The notes under the pieces are model-generated. The model worked only from the letters and a program-made list of their open reading frames with translations. It was not told the DNA's origin and made no database searches. DNA of 47,739 nucleotides from Planctomycetota bacterium (GTDB lineage: Bacteria > Planctomycetota > UBA1135 > UBA2386), in NCBI GenBank assembly GCA_049276695.1, contig JBASWX010000398.1:1-47739 (forward strand). Reading direction: 5' to 3'. The translations under genes and the position numbers were made by a program. Shown here one piece after another: positions 25,288 through 34,976 of the stretch (its first letter is position 1; every line of letters begins with the position of its first letter).

Positions 25288-28200
25288 ATGACCCTGCTGA
25301 AGGACCTGATCCAGATCCCCGAGCAAGTCCACAAGGGCGACTTCGTGCTCAAGCTGGCCGAGGGCGTCCAGCACCCGGCCGAGACCCTCGGCGACTACGT
25401 CATCACCGAGCAGATCCGGACCGCGTTCGACCAGGCGCTGACCCTGATCAAGAGCGCGCTCGCCGGCAACCAGAGCAAGGCGGCGTTCCTGCACGGCAGC
25501 TTCGGCAGCGGCAAGAGCCACTTCCTCGCCGTACTGCACCTGCTGCTCGCGCACAACCCGGAGGCGCGCAGCAACCCCGACCTCGCACCGGTCGTGAAGA
25601 AGCACGGCTGGCTCGACGGCAAGAAGTTCTTGCTGGTGCCGTTCCACATGATCGGCCGTGGCAGCCTCGAGCAGGCCGTCTTCGATCAGTACCAGTCGTA
25701 CGTTCGGCGGCTGCATCCGGAGGCGACTGTTCCTGCCGTGTTCCTGGGCGAACCCGTGCTGCAGCAGGCCGAGGTGCTGCGGGCGCAGCTCGGTGACGAA
25801 AAGCTGCTGGCGACGCTCGGCGGTGGCGGCGGTCTGCGGAAGCGCGGAGGGTGGACGATCGACCGCTACCACGCCGCACGGTCAGCGCCGCCGAACGACG
25901 CAGAACGACTCTCCCTGATCTCGGCGATCGTCACGAACCTGCTGCCCGGGTACGCGAGCGTCATCGGCGCCGGGGACCGCGAAGGCTTCGTTCCGATCGA
26001 CGAGGGCCTCGGGACGCTGAGCCGCCACGCCAAGGAGCTGGGCTACGACGCCCTGCTGCTGTTCCTCGACGAAGTGATCCTGTGGCTGGCAAGCATGGTC
26101 TCGGATCAGACCTTCGTGAATCGCGAGGGGCCAAAGCTGTCGAAGCTGGTCGAGTTTCAGACCCAGCGGGACCTGCCGATCGTGTCGTTGCTGGCGCGCC
26201 AGCGCGACCTGCGCGAACTGGTCGGGGAACACGTTCCCGGCGCGGAGAAGCTTAGCTTCCTGGACGCGCTGAAGTTCTGGGAAGGTCGCTTCGACACCAT
26301 TCGCCTCGAGGACAAGAACCTGCACGTCATCGTCGAGCGCCGCCTGCTGAAGCCGACGAGCGACAACGCCCGGGTGCAGATCGACGGCGCGTTCGCGGAG
26401 ACGAGAAAGCTCCGGCAGGAGGTCCAGGACATCCTGCGCACCAGCAGCTACACCGACGAGGACTTCCGCCGCGTCTACCCGTTCACGCCGGCCCTCGTCC
26501 AGGTGATCGTTGCGGTCAGCTCGGTGCTGCAGCGCGAACGCACGGCGATTCGGGTGCTGATGCAGCTGCTGGTCGACCAGCGTGAGACCCTGCGCCTCGG
26601 CCAGATCGTTCCGGTCGGCGACCTGTACGACGCGATCGCCGATGGTGACGAGCCGTTCGGCGAGGGACAGCGCGTGATGTTCGACGCGTGCCGCAAGCTG
26701 TACCGGAACAAGATCCGCCCGCGCCTGTGCCACGACCAGGGCCTGGCCTGGGACGCGATGCAAGAGCTGCCGGCGACCGACCCCAAGCGGCAAGCGTTCG
26801 CGCGGGACGATCGGCTGATCAAGACCCTGCTGCTCGCGTCGCTGGCACCCGAAGTCGAAGCGCTGAAGAACCTGAACGCGCAGAAGCTCGTCGCGCTGAA
26901 CCACGGCACCTTCAAGTCGGCGATCCCGGGCCAGGAGACGAGCACCGTCCTCAACAAGCTCCAGAACTGGGCCGCCGACATCAGCGAGATCCAGTCCGAG
27001 GGCGACCCGAAGAACCCGACGTGGGCGCTGCGCATCCTCGGGGTCGACACCGCGGCGATCCTGGAGAAGGCGCGCCACAACGACAACCCGGGCAACCGCA
27101 AGATCAAGGTCCGCGAGATCCTGTTCGGGCGGCTCGGCATCGAGTGGAAGGACGAGTTCGAAGTCGTGCACGAACACGTCTGGCGCGGCACGCGGCGGCG
27201 ACTGACGGTCGTCTACGGCAACGTGCGCGAGATGCCGCCCGCGTCGCTGAGGGCCCGCGGTGACGACTGGAAGCTCGTGATCGACTTTCCGTTCGACGAG
27301 GAGGGGCACGAGCCGAAGGAAGACCTCGAGAAGGTGGAGGCGTTCCGCGAGAAGGAAGGCAGCTCGCGCACCGTCTGCTGGCTGCCGGCCTTCCTGTCGC
27401 GCGAACGCCAGGCCGACCTCGGCAGCCTCGTCGCGCTCGACTACGCGCTCGCGAGCGAGGCACGCTTCCACGACCTCGCGGCGCACCTGCCACCGGCCGA
27501 ACGGGCACAGGCACGGGCCCAGCTCGACAGCCAACGTGGCATGCTGCGGGCGCGCATCGAACAGGCGCTCGAGGCTGCCTACGGGCTCGGCAAGGAGCAA
27601 CCCGGCATGCTCGGGGCCTCGTTGCCGATCGAAGAGCGTATCCAGTGCCTCGATTCGGTCCGCGTGCTGCCGCGCCCGGTGGCGACGCTCGGTTCGGCAC
27701 TCGGGGAACTGTGCGATCAGATGCTGCGACTGCAGTTCCCGAAACACCCCGACTTCGGCGTCGAGATCAAGGCCGGCGTTCTCGGGCGGGTGTTCGGCTG
27801 GGTGCAAAAGGCCGCACGCGCCGACATGCACCGGGTGGTCGTCGACAAGGAACGCCGCGCGGAGCTGCGAGCTGTGGTGCAGCCGCTCGACCTCGGCGAC
27901 GTCCACGAGGATGCCTTGGTGTTGCGCCATGGCTGGAGCGATCTGTTCACCCGCTGCACGGCGCAGGCCGGCGGCGCGATGACGGTGGGCTTGATGCGCG
28001 GATGGACCGACCAGCCCGAACCTCGCGGGCTGCCGCCCGAGGTCCAGGACCTGCTGATCCACACCCACGCCGAACTGAACAACTTGCGGTTCTTCCTGCA
28101 CGGCGGCCCGGTGACTCCGGCGCCGGGGGCCCGCCTGCTCGACGAGTACGAGCTGAAGCCGCAGCCGTTGCCGAGCCAGGCGCACTTCGATTCGGCCCGC

Positions 28201-28926
28201 GATCGGTCGCACCGCGGCTTCGGCGTGCCGGTCGGCGAGGTCCTCGGCGCAACCAACGTCGCGGCATTGATCGACGGCGTCTGCCGCGAGTGCGCCGCAC
28301 TGCCGGCGGCTCGCGACCTGTCGGTGCAACTGCGCGAACGCTGCAAGGCTCTCGGCCTGCCGGTCCAGGAGGTCCCGCGCGGCAGGTCGGCGCTCGCCGT
28401 CGTCACCGTGCTAGAGGCGCTCGAGAAGGCCGACCCGGCGCTGTTCGTCGAGCGTCTGGCCACCGTGGACCTGCCGTGCTCGTGGGAAGTGTTCGGCTCG
28501 AGCCTGAAACAGGCCGGTCCGGTCGCCCAGGCGCTGCGGGACACGCGCTGGACCACCATGGAGAGCGCGTTCTCGCTCGCGACCAAGGACGCGGACGCCA
28601 AGCGGCTGCGCGACGACGTGCTCGCACTCGTCAGCGCCGACGAACTCGCCGTGCCCTTGCCCGCCAGGCTGCGGGCACTCGAGGCCAAGGCCGAGGAGAT
28701 CGTGAGCCGGGCGGTTGCTCCACCCCCACCACCGAGACCCTCACCGCAGCCGGGGCCGGGTGTGCCACCGACGTCGCCGCAGGTTATGGTCGTCGAGCAG
28801 GGCGAGCGGGAGGCGCTCGATAGCAAGGCATTCGAACAGCTCAGCCGGGACCTGCAGCAGAAGCTGACGGCCAGCGGCGGCACCCTGTCGCTGTCGTGGC
28901 GCATCGAGAGGAAGCCGAAGCCGTGA
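25288..28926 (+). CDS. pglY: BREX P-loop ATPase PglY
   Basis: Walker A is FLHGSFGSGKSHF and Walker B is LLLFLDEVILWL. The product is ~1212 aa. GAGGAAG lies 7 nt upstream of the ATG at 25288. The track ORF start at 24955 is an unsupported extension. Confidence 0.9.
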   Translation: MTLLKDLIQIPEQVHKGDFVLKLAEGVQHPAETLGDYVITEQIRTAFDQALTLIKSALAGNQSKAAFLHGSFGSGKSHFLAVLHLLLAHNPEARSNPDLAPVVKKHGWLDGKKFLLVPFHMIGRGSLEQAVFDQYQSYVRRLHPEATVPAVFLGEPVLQQAEVLRAQLGDEKLLATLGGGGGLRKRGGWTIDRYHAARSAPPNDAERLSLISAIVTNLLPGYASVIGAGDREGFVPIDEGLGTLSRHAKELGYDALLLFLDEVILWLASMVSDQTFVNREGPKLSKLVEFQTQRDLPIVSLLARQRDLRELVGEHVPGAEKLSFLDALKFWEGRFDTIRLEDKNLHVIVERRLLKPTSDNARVQIDGAFAETRKLRQEVQDILRTSSYTDEDFRRVYPFTPALVQVIVAVSSVLQRERTAIRVLMQLLVDQRETLRLGQIVPVGDLYDAIADGDEPFGEGQRVMFDACRKLYRNKIRPRLCHDQGLAWDAMQELPATDPKRQAFARDDRLIKTLLLASLAPEVEALKNLNAQKLVALNHGTFKSAIPGQETSTVLNKLQNWAADISEIQSEGDPKNPTWALRILGVDTAAILEKARHNDNPGNRKIKVREILFGRLGIEWKDEFEVVHEHVWRGTRRRLTVVYGNVREMPPASLRARGDDWKLVIDFPFDEEGHEPKEDLEKVEAFREKEGSSRTVCWLPAFLSRERQADLGSLVALDYALASEARFHDLAAHLPPAERAQARAQLDSQRGMLRARIEQALEAAYGLGKEQPGMLGASLPIEERIQCLDSVRVLPRPVATLGSALGELCDQMLRLQFPKHPDFGVEIKAGVLGRVFGWVQKAARADMHRVVVDKERRAELRAVVQPLDLGDVHEDALVLRHGWSDLFTRCTAQAGGAMTVGLMRGWTDQPEPRGLPPEVQDLLIHTHAELNNLRFFLHGGPVTPAPGARLLDEYELKPQPLPSQAHFDSARDRSHRGFGVPVGEVLGATNVAALIDGVCRECAALPAARDLSVQLRERCKALGLPVQEVPRGRSALAVVTVLEALEKADPALFVERLATVDLPCSWEVFGSSLKQAGPVAQALRDTRWTTMESAFSLATKDADAKRLRDDVLALVSADELAVPLPARLRALEAKAEEIVSRAVAPPPPPRPSPQPGPGVPPTSPQVMVVEQGEREALDSKAFEQLSRDLQQKLTASGGTLSLSWRIERKPKP

Positions 28927-31571
28927 ACCTGTCCGAGAACCTGCTGCGCGCGACCATCGCGCAACTGCGCAGCGATGCGAACGGCCGCGGCCGGACCTCG
29001 GACAAGCGCTTCATCGGTGTGCAAGCGGACAGCTGGCTCGGTCCCGCGCAGATCGAAGTCGGGGGCGAGGCGTTCCGGGTTCGCGAGTGTCGTTCCGCGC
29101 TTGCGGTGCGTGCCGCGATGGATGAGACCAGCGCCAACGAGCCGCGGGTCGTCCTGGTGACTCCCTGCACTGGCAAGGACCTCGGAGCCGATGTCGAAGC
29201 CAGGGTGATCCACAACCGGTTCCAGCGGCCGGATGCGTGGCAGTCCATCCAGGGACGCTTCGGTGCGCAGCGGATGGCTCCTGGCGTTCCACGCCCGAAC
29301 TGGCTGCGCGATCTCCTGCTCGCGATACCCGAACACGACCTGCCGCAGTTGCAGACCAGCGATGTGCTCGACCTCGACACCGTGCGGGCCGCGGTCTTCC
29401 AGGCGCTCGGCATGACCCCGCGGCCCGACCTACGGTCGTTGCTGCGATGGGCGGAGTCTGCTTCAGCAGAAGCCTTCGGATCAGGTCCTGCCGAACAACA
29501 GAGCTGCGTCCGCGAGTGGATCGGCTCCAGCCTCGGACCCGCCGGAACCGCCATCGTGGACTGCGTACTGGCGGGCAACGGCAACCGGGCAAGGCCCCTT
29601 GGGCTCGCGTTGCGCGTGCTGGTCGGTGGCGCCGAGGTGCCAGGGGCGAATCCTGGGATGCTGGCCAAGGCCGAGGGCAGGCTCGAGGCGTTCCTGGGCG
29701 GCGTCGCCGTCAGCGCCCGGGACCTCCCACCATGGGTCGAAGCCGCTGAGGAACTGCTGCGGGCCGACGTCGCGCAACGCTGCCAGCAGTGGCAACCACC
29801 GCTCGACGAGGCAGACCGCATCGTCGAGCAGTTTGGCCTGAGCGACCTAGCGCACGTCAGCAACTGCCTGCTCAGCAGCCTGAGCCGGCGGGAGCTGGCG
29901 TTCGCGGCTGCGGTCGACCGCGCCCTGACCGACCTCGGCACGACGACGGCGGACGTCGAGCAGTGCGCGCGCCGCATCGAAGAACACACTCTCGCCCGCG
30001 ACCTGCGCGAGGGTCGTCTGCTGGCCCTGCGGATGGCGGTCCGGTTGCTGCGCTGGCTGCGTGCTCCGATCTCGAAGCAATCCGACTTCCGCTCGATGGC
30101 GCTCGAGTACGCAGCGGACGCGAGCTTCGCGGACTGGGCCCGCGAAGTGCTCGACTATCCGGATCCTGTGCAGGCCGCGCTACGGCGCGTCTGGAGTGCC
30201 GTGATGACGCGGCGCGAAACGTTCAGCCGCCGCTTTGCCGAAGCGGCCCGTGAGCACTTCGCCGCACCGAGCCGCGACGATCTGCTCGTGCCGCTGGAGG
30301 AGGTGCTCGACCGCGTTGTCGGGCCGCTGAGCCAGCAAACGCCCGTGCTGCTGGTCGTGCTCGACGGGTGCAGCCTCGCCGTGTTCCACGAGTTGCTGCC
30401 GGGGCTTCTGAACTGGTACGAGGTCGGGCCTCGCGTCGCTGGCAGGGACGCCGGTGCGCGGATGTACGGCGTGTCGACCTTGCCAACCGTGACCGAGGTC
30501 GCGCGCGCGAGCCTGCTGTGCGGGCGCATCGTGCGTGGCGATGCAGGTACGGAACGCACCGGGTTCGCCGAGCATCCCGCGCTGCGGGGTGGACGGCAGA
30601 GCCCGCGCCTCTTCCACAAGGACACCATCACGGACAGCCGACTGGGCCTCAGCGACGAGGCACAGCAATCGATCGCCGGGTCCCATGCCCCACGCGTCGT
30701 CGGCGTGGTGCTCAACGCGATCGACGACTGGCTCAGCAAGGGCGATCAGGATGCCGCCGCATGGACCATCGATCGCATCCGGCCCATGATCGAACTGCTG
30801 CAGTGCGCCGCGGACGGCCAGCGCGCGATCGTGATCACGAGCGACCATGGTCACGTACGCGAGCACGCATCGCGGTACGTCGAAGGCAAGGAAGGCGCCC
30901 GGCACCGACGAGGGGGCAACGCGAACGACGGCGAGCTCCTGGTCCGAGGACCTCGGGTGGCCCTGTACGACGGCGAGATCGTCGTGCCCTGGACGGAAAG
31001 CCTGCGCTACAGCAGCAGCAAGCAGCACGGCTACCACGGTGGCATCAGCCCTCAGGAGGTGCTCGTACCGCTGTCGATCTTCGTGCGTCCCGGCATCGAT
31101 CTCGATGGCTACGAGCAGGTCCCCGTCGTGCAGCCTGGCTGGTGGGAGAGCAGCGAAGTGCAGGCGGAACCCCGACCCAAGACCACCCCGAAGGCGACAC
31201 CGCCGCGTACGAAGGTGCCGCAGAAGGCGCTGCTGCCGTTCGCGGGCCTGCAGCGGAACCGGATCGATGCTTTGCTGCAGTCGAAGGTGTACGCGGCCCA
31301 AGTCGAAGCTGCGGGCAAGATGCGCGTGGCACCAGAACGGGTGGCCGAGATCCTGCTGGCTCTCGACGAGCGGGGAGGGAGCGCGACCATCGCCGCGTTG
31401 TCGGCCAAGCTCGGGCTGCCGCTCGCGCGAGTTCACACGTACCTGACCGCCCTGCGTCGCACGCTCAACTTCGATGGTGTCGAAGTCGTCGGCATCGACA
31501 CCTCCTCGAACACGGTGCGTGTCGACTGGAATCTGCTGCGGGTGCAGTTCGACCTCGGGGAGGAGAAGTGA
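28923..31571 (+). CDS. pglZ: BREX alkaline-phosphatase-superfamily protein PglZ
   Basis: The PglZ-domain motifs are VLLVVLDGCSLAVFHELL and AIVITSDHGHV. The GTG at 28923 overlaps the pglY stop (GTGA). Confidence 0.9.
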   Translation: MNLSENLLRATIAQLRSDANGRGRTSDKRFIGVQADSWLGPAQIEVGGEAFRVRECRSALAVRAAMDETSANEPRVVLVTPCTGKDLGADVEARVIHNRFQRPDAWQSIQGRFGAQRMAPGVPRPNWLRDLLLAIPEHDLPQLQTSDVLDLDTVRAAVFQALGMTPRPDLRSLLRWAESASAEAFGSGPAEQQSCVREWIGSSLGPAGTAIVDCVLAGNGNRARPLGLALRVLVGGAEVPGANPGMLAKAEGRLEAFLGGVAVSARDLPPWVEAAEELLRADVAQRCQQWQPPLDEADRIVEQFGLSDLAHVSNCLLSSLSRRELAFAAAVDRALTDLGTTTADVEQCARRIEEHTLARDLREGRLLALRMAVRLLRWLRAPISKQSDFRSMALEYAADASFADWAREVLDYPDPVQAALRRVWSAVMTRRETFSRRFAEAAREHFAAPSRDDLLVPLEEVLDRVVGPLSQQTPVLLVVLDGCSLAVFHELLPGLLNWYEVGPRVAGRDAGARMYGVSTLPTVTEVARASLLCGRIVRGDAGTERTGFAEHPALRGGRQSPRLFHKDTITDSRLGLSDEAQQSIAGSHAPRVVGVVLNAIDDWLSKGDQDAAAWTIDRIRPMIELLQCAADGQRAIVITSDHGHVREHASRYVEGKEGARHRRGGNANDGELLVRGPRVALYDGEIVVPWTESLRYSSSKQHGYHGGISPQEVLVPLSIFVRPGIDLDGYEQVPVVQPGWWESSEVQAEPRPKTTPKATPPRTKVPQKALLPFAGLQRNRIDALLQSKVYAAQVEAAGKMRVAPERVAEILLALDERGGSATIAALSAKLGLPLARVHTYLTALRRTLNFDGVEVVGIDTSSNTVRVDWNLLRVQFDLGEEK

Positions 31572-32881
31572 CGGTCAGCCCGCAGCGACGGCAGGAGATC
31601 CTCGACGCCCTGCGGCGCGGCACCGTTCCGCAGCGGAGCCTCGACGCCTTCGCCGTTGGACTGGATCGTTTCGCGACGTCCTTCGACGAGGAACTGGAAT
31701 CGGTGACTCGTGGTAGCGGCGTGTTCAAGGCGGTCCGCGGCGAGTACGGGAGCGGCAAGACCTTCTTCGCCCGCTGGGTCCAGGAGCGGGCGCTCGCCAA
31801 GGGCTTCGCGGTGTCCGAGGTCCAGGTGTCCGAGACCGAGACGCCACTGCATCGGCTGGAGACCGTCTACCGCCGGTTGATCGAACGCCTGCGCACCAGC
31901 GACACCCCGAGCGGCGCCTGGCGCAGCGTCGTCGACGGGTGGTTCTTCGCGCTCGAGCAGGACGTGCTCGCTGAGGGCGGCGTCGACGAAAGCGACATGC
32001 CCGGGTTGAACAAGCGGGCCACCGACCTCATGGAGAAGCGGCTGACCGCGATCACGCAGCAGGCCCCGTCGTTCGCCGGCGCGTTGCGGGCCTATCGGGC
32101 TGCGGTAGTCGGCGGGGATACGGCGATCGCGGAAGGGCTCCTGGCGTGGCTCGGCGGTCAGCCCAACGTCGGTGCCGAGGTGAAGCGCCGCGCGATGATC
32201 AAGGGCGACGTCGATCACTTCGGCGCGCTGAACTTCCTGCAGGGCCTGCTCGTGATGCTGCGCGATTCCGGGCGGCCGGGGCTCCTGTTCGTGCTCGACG
32301 AGGTGGAGACGCTGCAGCGCGTGCGCGGGGACGTGCGCGAGAAGGGGCTCAACGCGCTGCGCCAGCTCATCGACGAGATCGACAGCAGGCGCTACCCGGG
32401 GCTGTACGTGCTGATCACCGGCACTGCCGCCTTCTACGACGGCCCGCAGGGCGTTCAGCGGCTGCCGCCGCTCGCCCAGCGCCTGCACGTCGACTTCTCG
32501 GGCGAACCCCGCTTTGACAACCCGCGGGCCGTCCAGGTGCGGCTCCCGGGGTTCGACGCCGGTTTGCTCGAACAGGTCGGCAGGCGCGTGCGTGACTTGT
32601 TCGCCGAGGGCTGCCAGAGCCAGGACCGTGTCTGCACCAGGGTTGATGATGCCTGCGTGCGTCGTCTTTCGCAGGCCGTCACCGGCCAGCTCGGCGGCAA
32701 GGTCGGCGTCGCGCCGCGCGTCTTCCTGAAGAAGCTCGTCGGCGAAGTGCTCGACAAGGTGGATCTGCACGCCGACTTCGATCCCGCCGTCAACGCGAAC
32801 CTCGGCCTGACCGATGGCGAACTGACCGCCACCGAACGCGCGGCTCGCGGTGCTTCGAACCCCGACGACATCCAGCTGTGA
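31568..32881 (+). CDS. brxD: BREX ATPase BrxD
   Basis: Walker A is VRGEYGSGKTFFARW and Walker B is LLFVLDEVETL. The GTG at 31568 overlaps the pglZ stop (GTGA). The track ORF from 30368 is an out-of-frame overlap with pglZ. Confidence 0.85.
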   Translation: MTVSPQRRQEILDALRRGTVPQRSLDAFAVGLDRFATSFDEELESVTRGSGVFKAVRGEYGSGKTFFARWVQERALAKGFAVSEVQVSETETPLHRLETVYRRLIERLRTSDTPSGAWRSVVDGWFFALEQDVLAEGGVDESDMPGLNKRATDLMEKRLTAITQQAPSFAGALRAYRAAVVGGDTAIAEGLLAWLGGQPNVGAEVKRRAMIKGDVDHFGALNFLQGLLVMLRDSGRPGLLFVLDEVETLQRVRGDVREKGLNALRQLIDEIDSRRYPGLYVLITGTAAFYDGPQGVQRLPPLAQRLHVDFSGEPRFDNPRAVQVRLPGFDAGLLEQVGRRVRDLFAEGCQSQDRVCTRVDDACVRRLSQAVTGQLGGKVGVAPRVFLKKLVGEVLDKVDLHADFDPAVNANLGLTDGELTATERAARGASNPDDIQL

Positions 32882-34976
32882 CCCCTTGAGCGACGCCTTC
32901 GGCTCTCTGCACCCGGTCCTTCAGCACCACATCGTCAACTCGCTGGGTTGGCGCACGCTGCGACCACTGCAGGAAGCCACGATCGCGCCGCTGCAGGCCG
33001 GCGAGCATGCGTTGCTGCTGGCGCCTACTGCCGGCGGCAAGACCGAGGCGGCCGCGTTCCCGGTGCTGTCGCGCATGATGCGCGACGAGTGGCGCGGGCT
33101 GTCCGTGCTCTACCTGTGCCCGATCAAGGCGCTGCTCAACAACCTGCACTTCCGGCTGAGCCAGTACGCCGCGTGGATCGGCAGGACCGTCGCGTTGTGG
33201 CACGGCGATGTGGCCGACGGCGAGAAGCAGGACATCCGCCGATCGCCGCCCGACGTCCTGCTGACCACGCCCGAGTCCCTCGAGGTGCTGCTGACGAGCA
33301 AGCGCAGCGATCCGCGGGCGATGTTCGCCGGTGTCCAGGTCGTCGTCGTCGACGAGTTGCACGCATTCGCCGGGGATGATCGTGGCTGGCACCTGCTGTC
33401 GGTCGTTGCTCGGGTTGCCAAGCTCGCCGGGCGGCCGATCCAGCGCATCGGTCTCTCCGCGACCGTGGGCAACCCCGACGCGCTGCTGCAGTGGTTCGCA
33501 GGTCACGTCGAGGGCGCGCGGCGTGTGATCGCGCCGCCGGCTGGCGCCGCGGCCCAACCGGAAGTCCGCCTCGACCACGTAGCGTCGCTGGACAACGCCG
33601 CAACGGTCATCAGCCGCCTGCACCGCGGCGAGAAGCGGCTCGTGTTCGTAGACAGCCGATCGCGGGTCGAGAAGCTCGCCGCCGGCCTGCGAGGACTCGG
33701 GGTCAACACGTTCGTCAGCCATTCCTCCGTGAGCCTCGACGAGCGCAAGCGTGCCGAGGAGGCCTTCGCGCAGGGCACCGACTGCGTGATCGTCGCGACC
33801 AGCACGCTCGAGCTCGGCATTGATGTCGGCGACCTCGACCGCGTGATCCAGCTGGATGCCCCCGGGTCGGTCGCGTCGTTCCTGCAGCGGATCGGCCGCA
33901 CCGGCCGGCGGCCGGGCACGACGCGCAACTGCCTGTTCCTGACGACCGACGACGATGGCTTTCTGCGGGCAGCCGGTCTGCTGGACCTGTGGGCCCGCGG
34001 CTACGTCGAGCCGATCGTTCCGTCGCCCTCCCCCTACCACCTGTTCGCGCAGCAGATCATGGCCCTGGCGCTGCAGACCGGTGGTCTCGGTCGGCTCGAC
34101 TGGCAGGCATGGATCGGCGCAGTGCCGTGTTTCGCCGCGATGGGCCCGGCAACCGACCAGATCCTCGACCACATGCTCGCGCACGGCGTCCTCGCCGAAG
34201 ACCAGGGGCGTCTGTGGTTCGGCACCGAGGGGCAGCGGACCTTCGGCTACAAGAACTTCCTCGAGCTGTACTCCATCTTCACGAGCCCCCCGCTGTTCAC
34301 CGTGCTGCATGGCCGCAGCGACCTCGGCCTCGTGCACGAGACGTCGTTCGCCGGGCATGGGAAGAACGGGGCCGCCGTGCTGTTGCTCGGCGGTCGGAGC
34401 TGGGCGGTGAAGAGCCTCGACTGGTCACGGCGCGTGGCGTACGTCGAGCCCGCCCCCGCCGGCGGTGCATCGCGATGGTGTGGCGGCAGCCGGACCATCC
34501 ACCTCGAGCACGCCCGCGCGATGCGCCGCGTCCTGGCCACCGGGCACCTGGCAGGGCTGCCGTCCAAGCGCGCCGTCGAAACGCTGGCCGCGCTGCGCGA
34601 CGAGTTCTCGTGGGTCGAGGACGGTTCGACGGCGATCGTCAGCAAGGGCGGCGAGTCGCAATGGTGGACGTTCGCCGGCCTGCGAGCCAACGCGACGCTC
34701 GCCGCCCGCCTCGGCAACCTGGTCGCATCCCCCACCGTTCAGGACAACTTGGCGTTGCCGCTCAGAGCTGGCGTCGACCGGGAAGCCATCGAGCGACAGG
34801 TCAGCTCGCACCCGGTGTGGAGCGCACCCGTTTCGGCACAGGCTCAGGCAGAACTGAAGTTCGTCGAATGCCTCCCCGAAGCCTTGGCCGGACAGATGAT
34901 GGTCCACCGAGCGGCTGACGAGCGCGGAGCCGAGGCGTCGCTCGCGGAGCGCATCCGCGACGTTGTGCTCGGCTAA
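32850..34976 (+). CDS. brxHI: BREX Lhr-like DExH helicase BrxHI
   Basis: The helicase motifs are LLLAPTAGGKTEAA (I), VVVDELHAF (II), ATSTLELGIDVG (V) and FLQRIGRTGRR (VI). The start is uncertain (GTG 32850 or TTG 32886). Confidence 0.85.
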   Translation: MLRTPTTSSCDPLSDAFGSLHPVLQHHIVNSLGWRTLRPLQEATIAPLQAGEHALLLAPTAGGKTEAAAFPVLSRMMRDEWRGLSVLYLCPIKALLNNLHFRLSQYAAWIGRTVALWHGDVADGEKQDIRRSPPDVLLTTPESLEVLLTSKRSDPRAMFAGVQVVVVDELHAFAGDDRGWHLLSVVARVAKLAGRPIQRIGLSATVGNPDALLQWFAGHVEGARRVIAPPAGAAAQPEVRLDHVASLDNAATVISRLHRGEKRLVFVDSRSRVEKLAAGLRGLGVNTFVSHSSVSLDERKRAEEAFAQGTDCVIVATSTLELGIDVGDLDRVIQLDAPGSVASFLQRIGRTGRRPGTTRNCLFLTTDDDGFLRAAGLLDLWARGYVEPIVPSPSPYHLFAQQIMALALQTGGLGRLDWQAWIGAVPCFAAMGPATDQILDHMLAHGVLAEDQGRLWFGTEGQRTFGYKNFLELYSIFTSPPLFTVLHGRSDLGLVHETSFAGHGKNGAAVLLLGGRSWAVKSLDWSRRVAYVEPAPAGGASRWCGGSRTIHLEHARAMRRVLATGHLAGLPSKRAVETLAALRDEFSWVEDGSTAIVSKGGESQWWTFAGLRANATLAARLGNLVASPTVQDNLALPLRAGVDREAIERQVSSHPVWSAPVSAQAQAELKFVECLPEALAGQMMVHRAADERGAEASLAERIRDVVLG

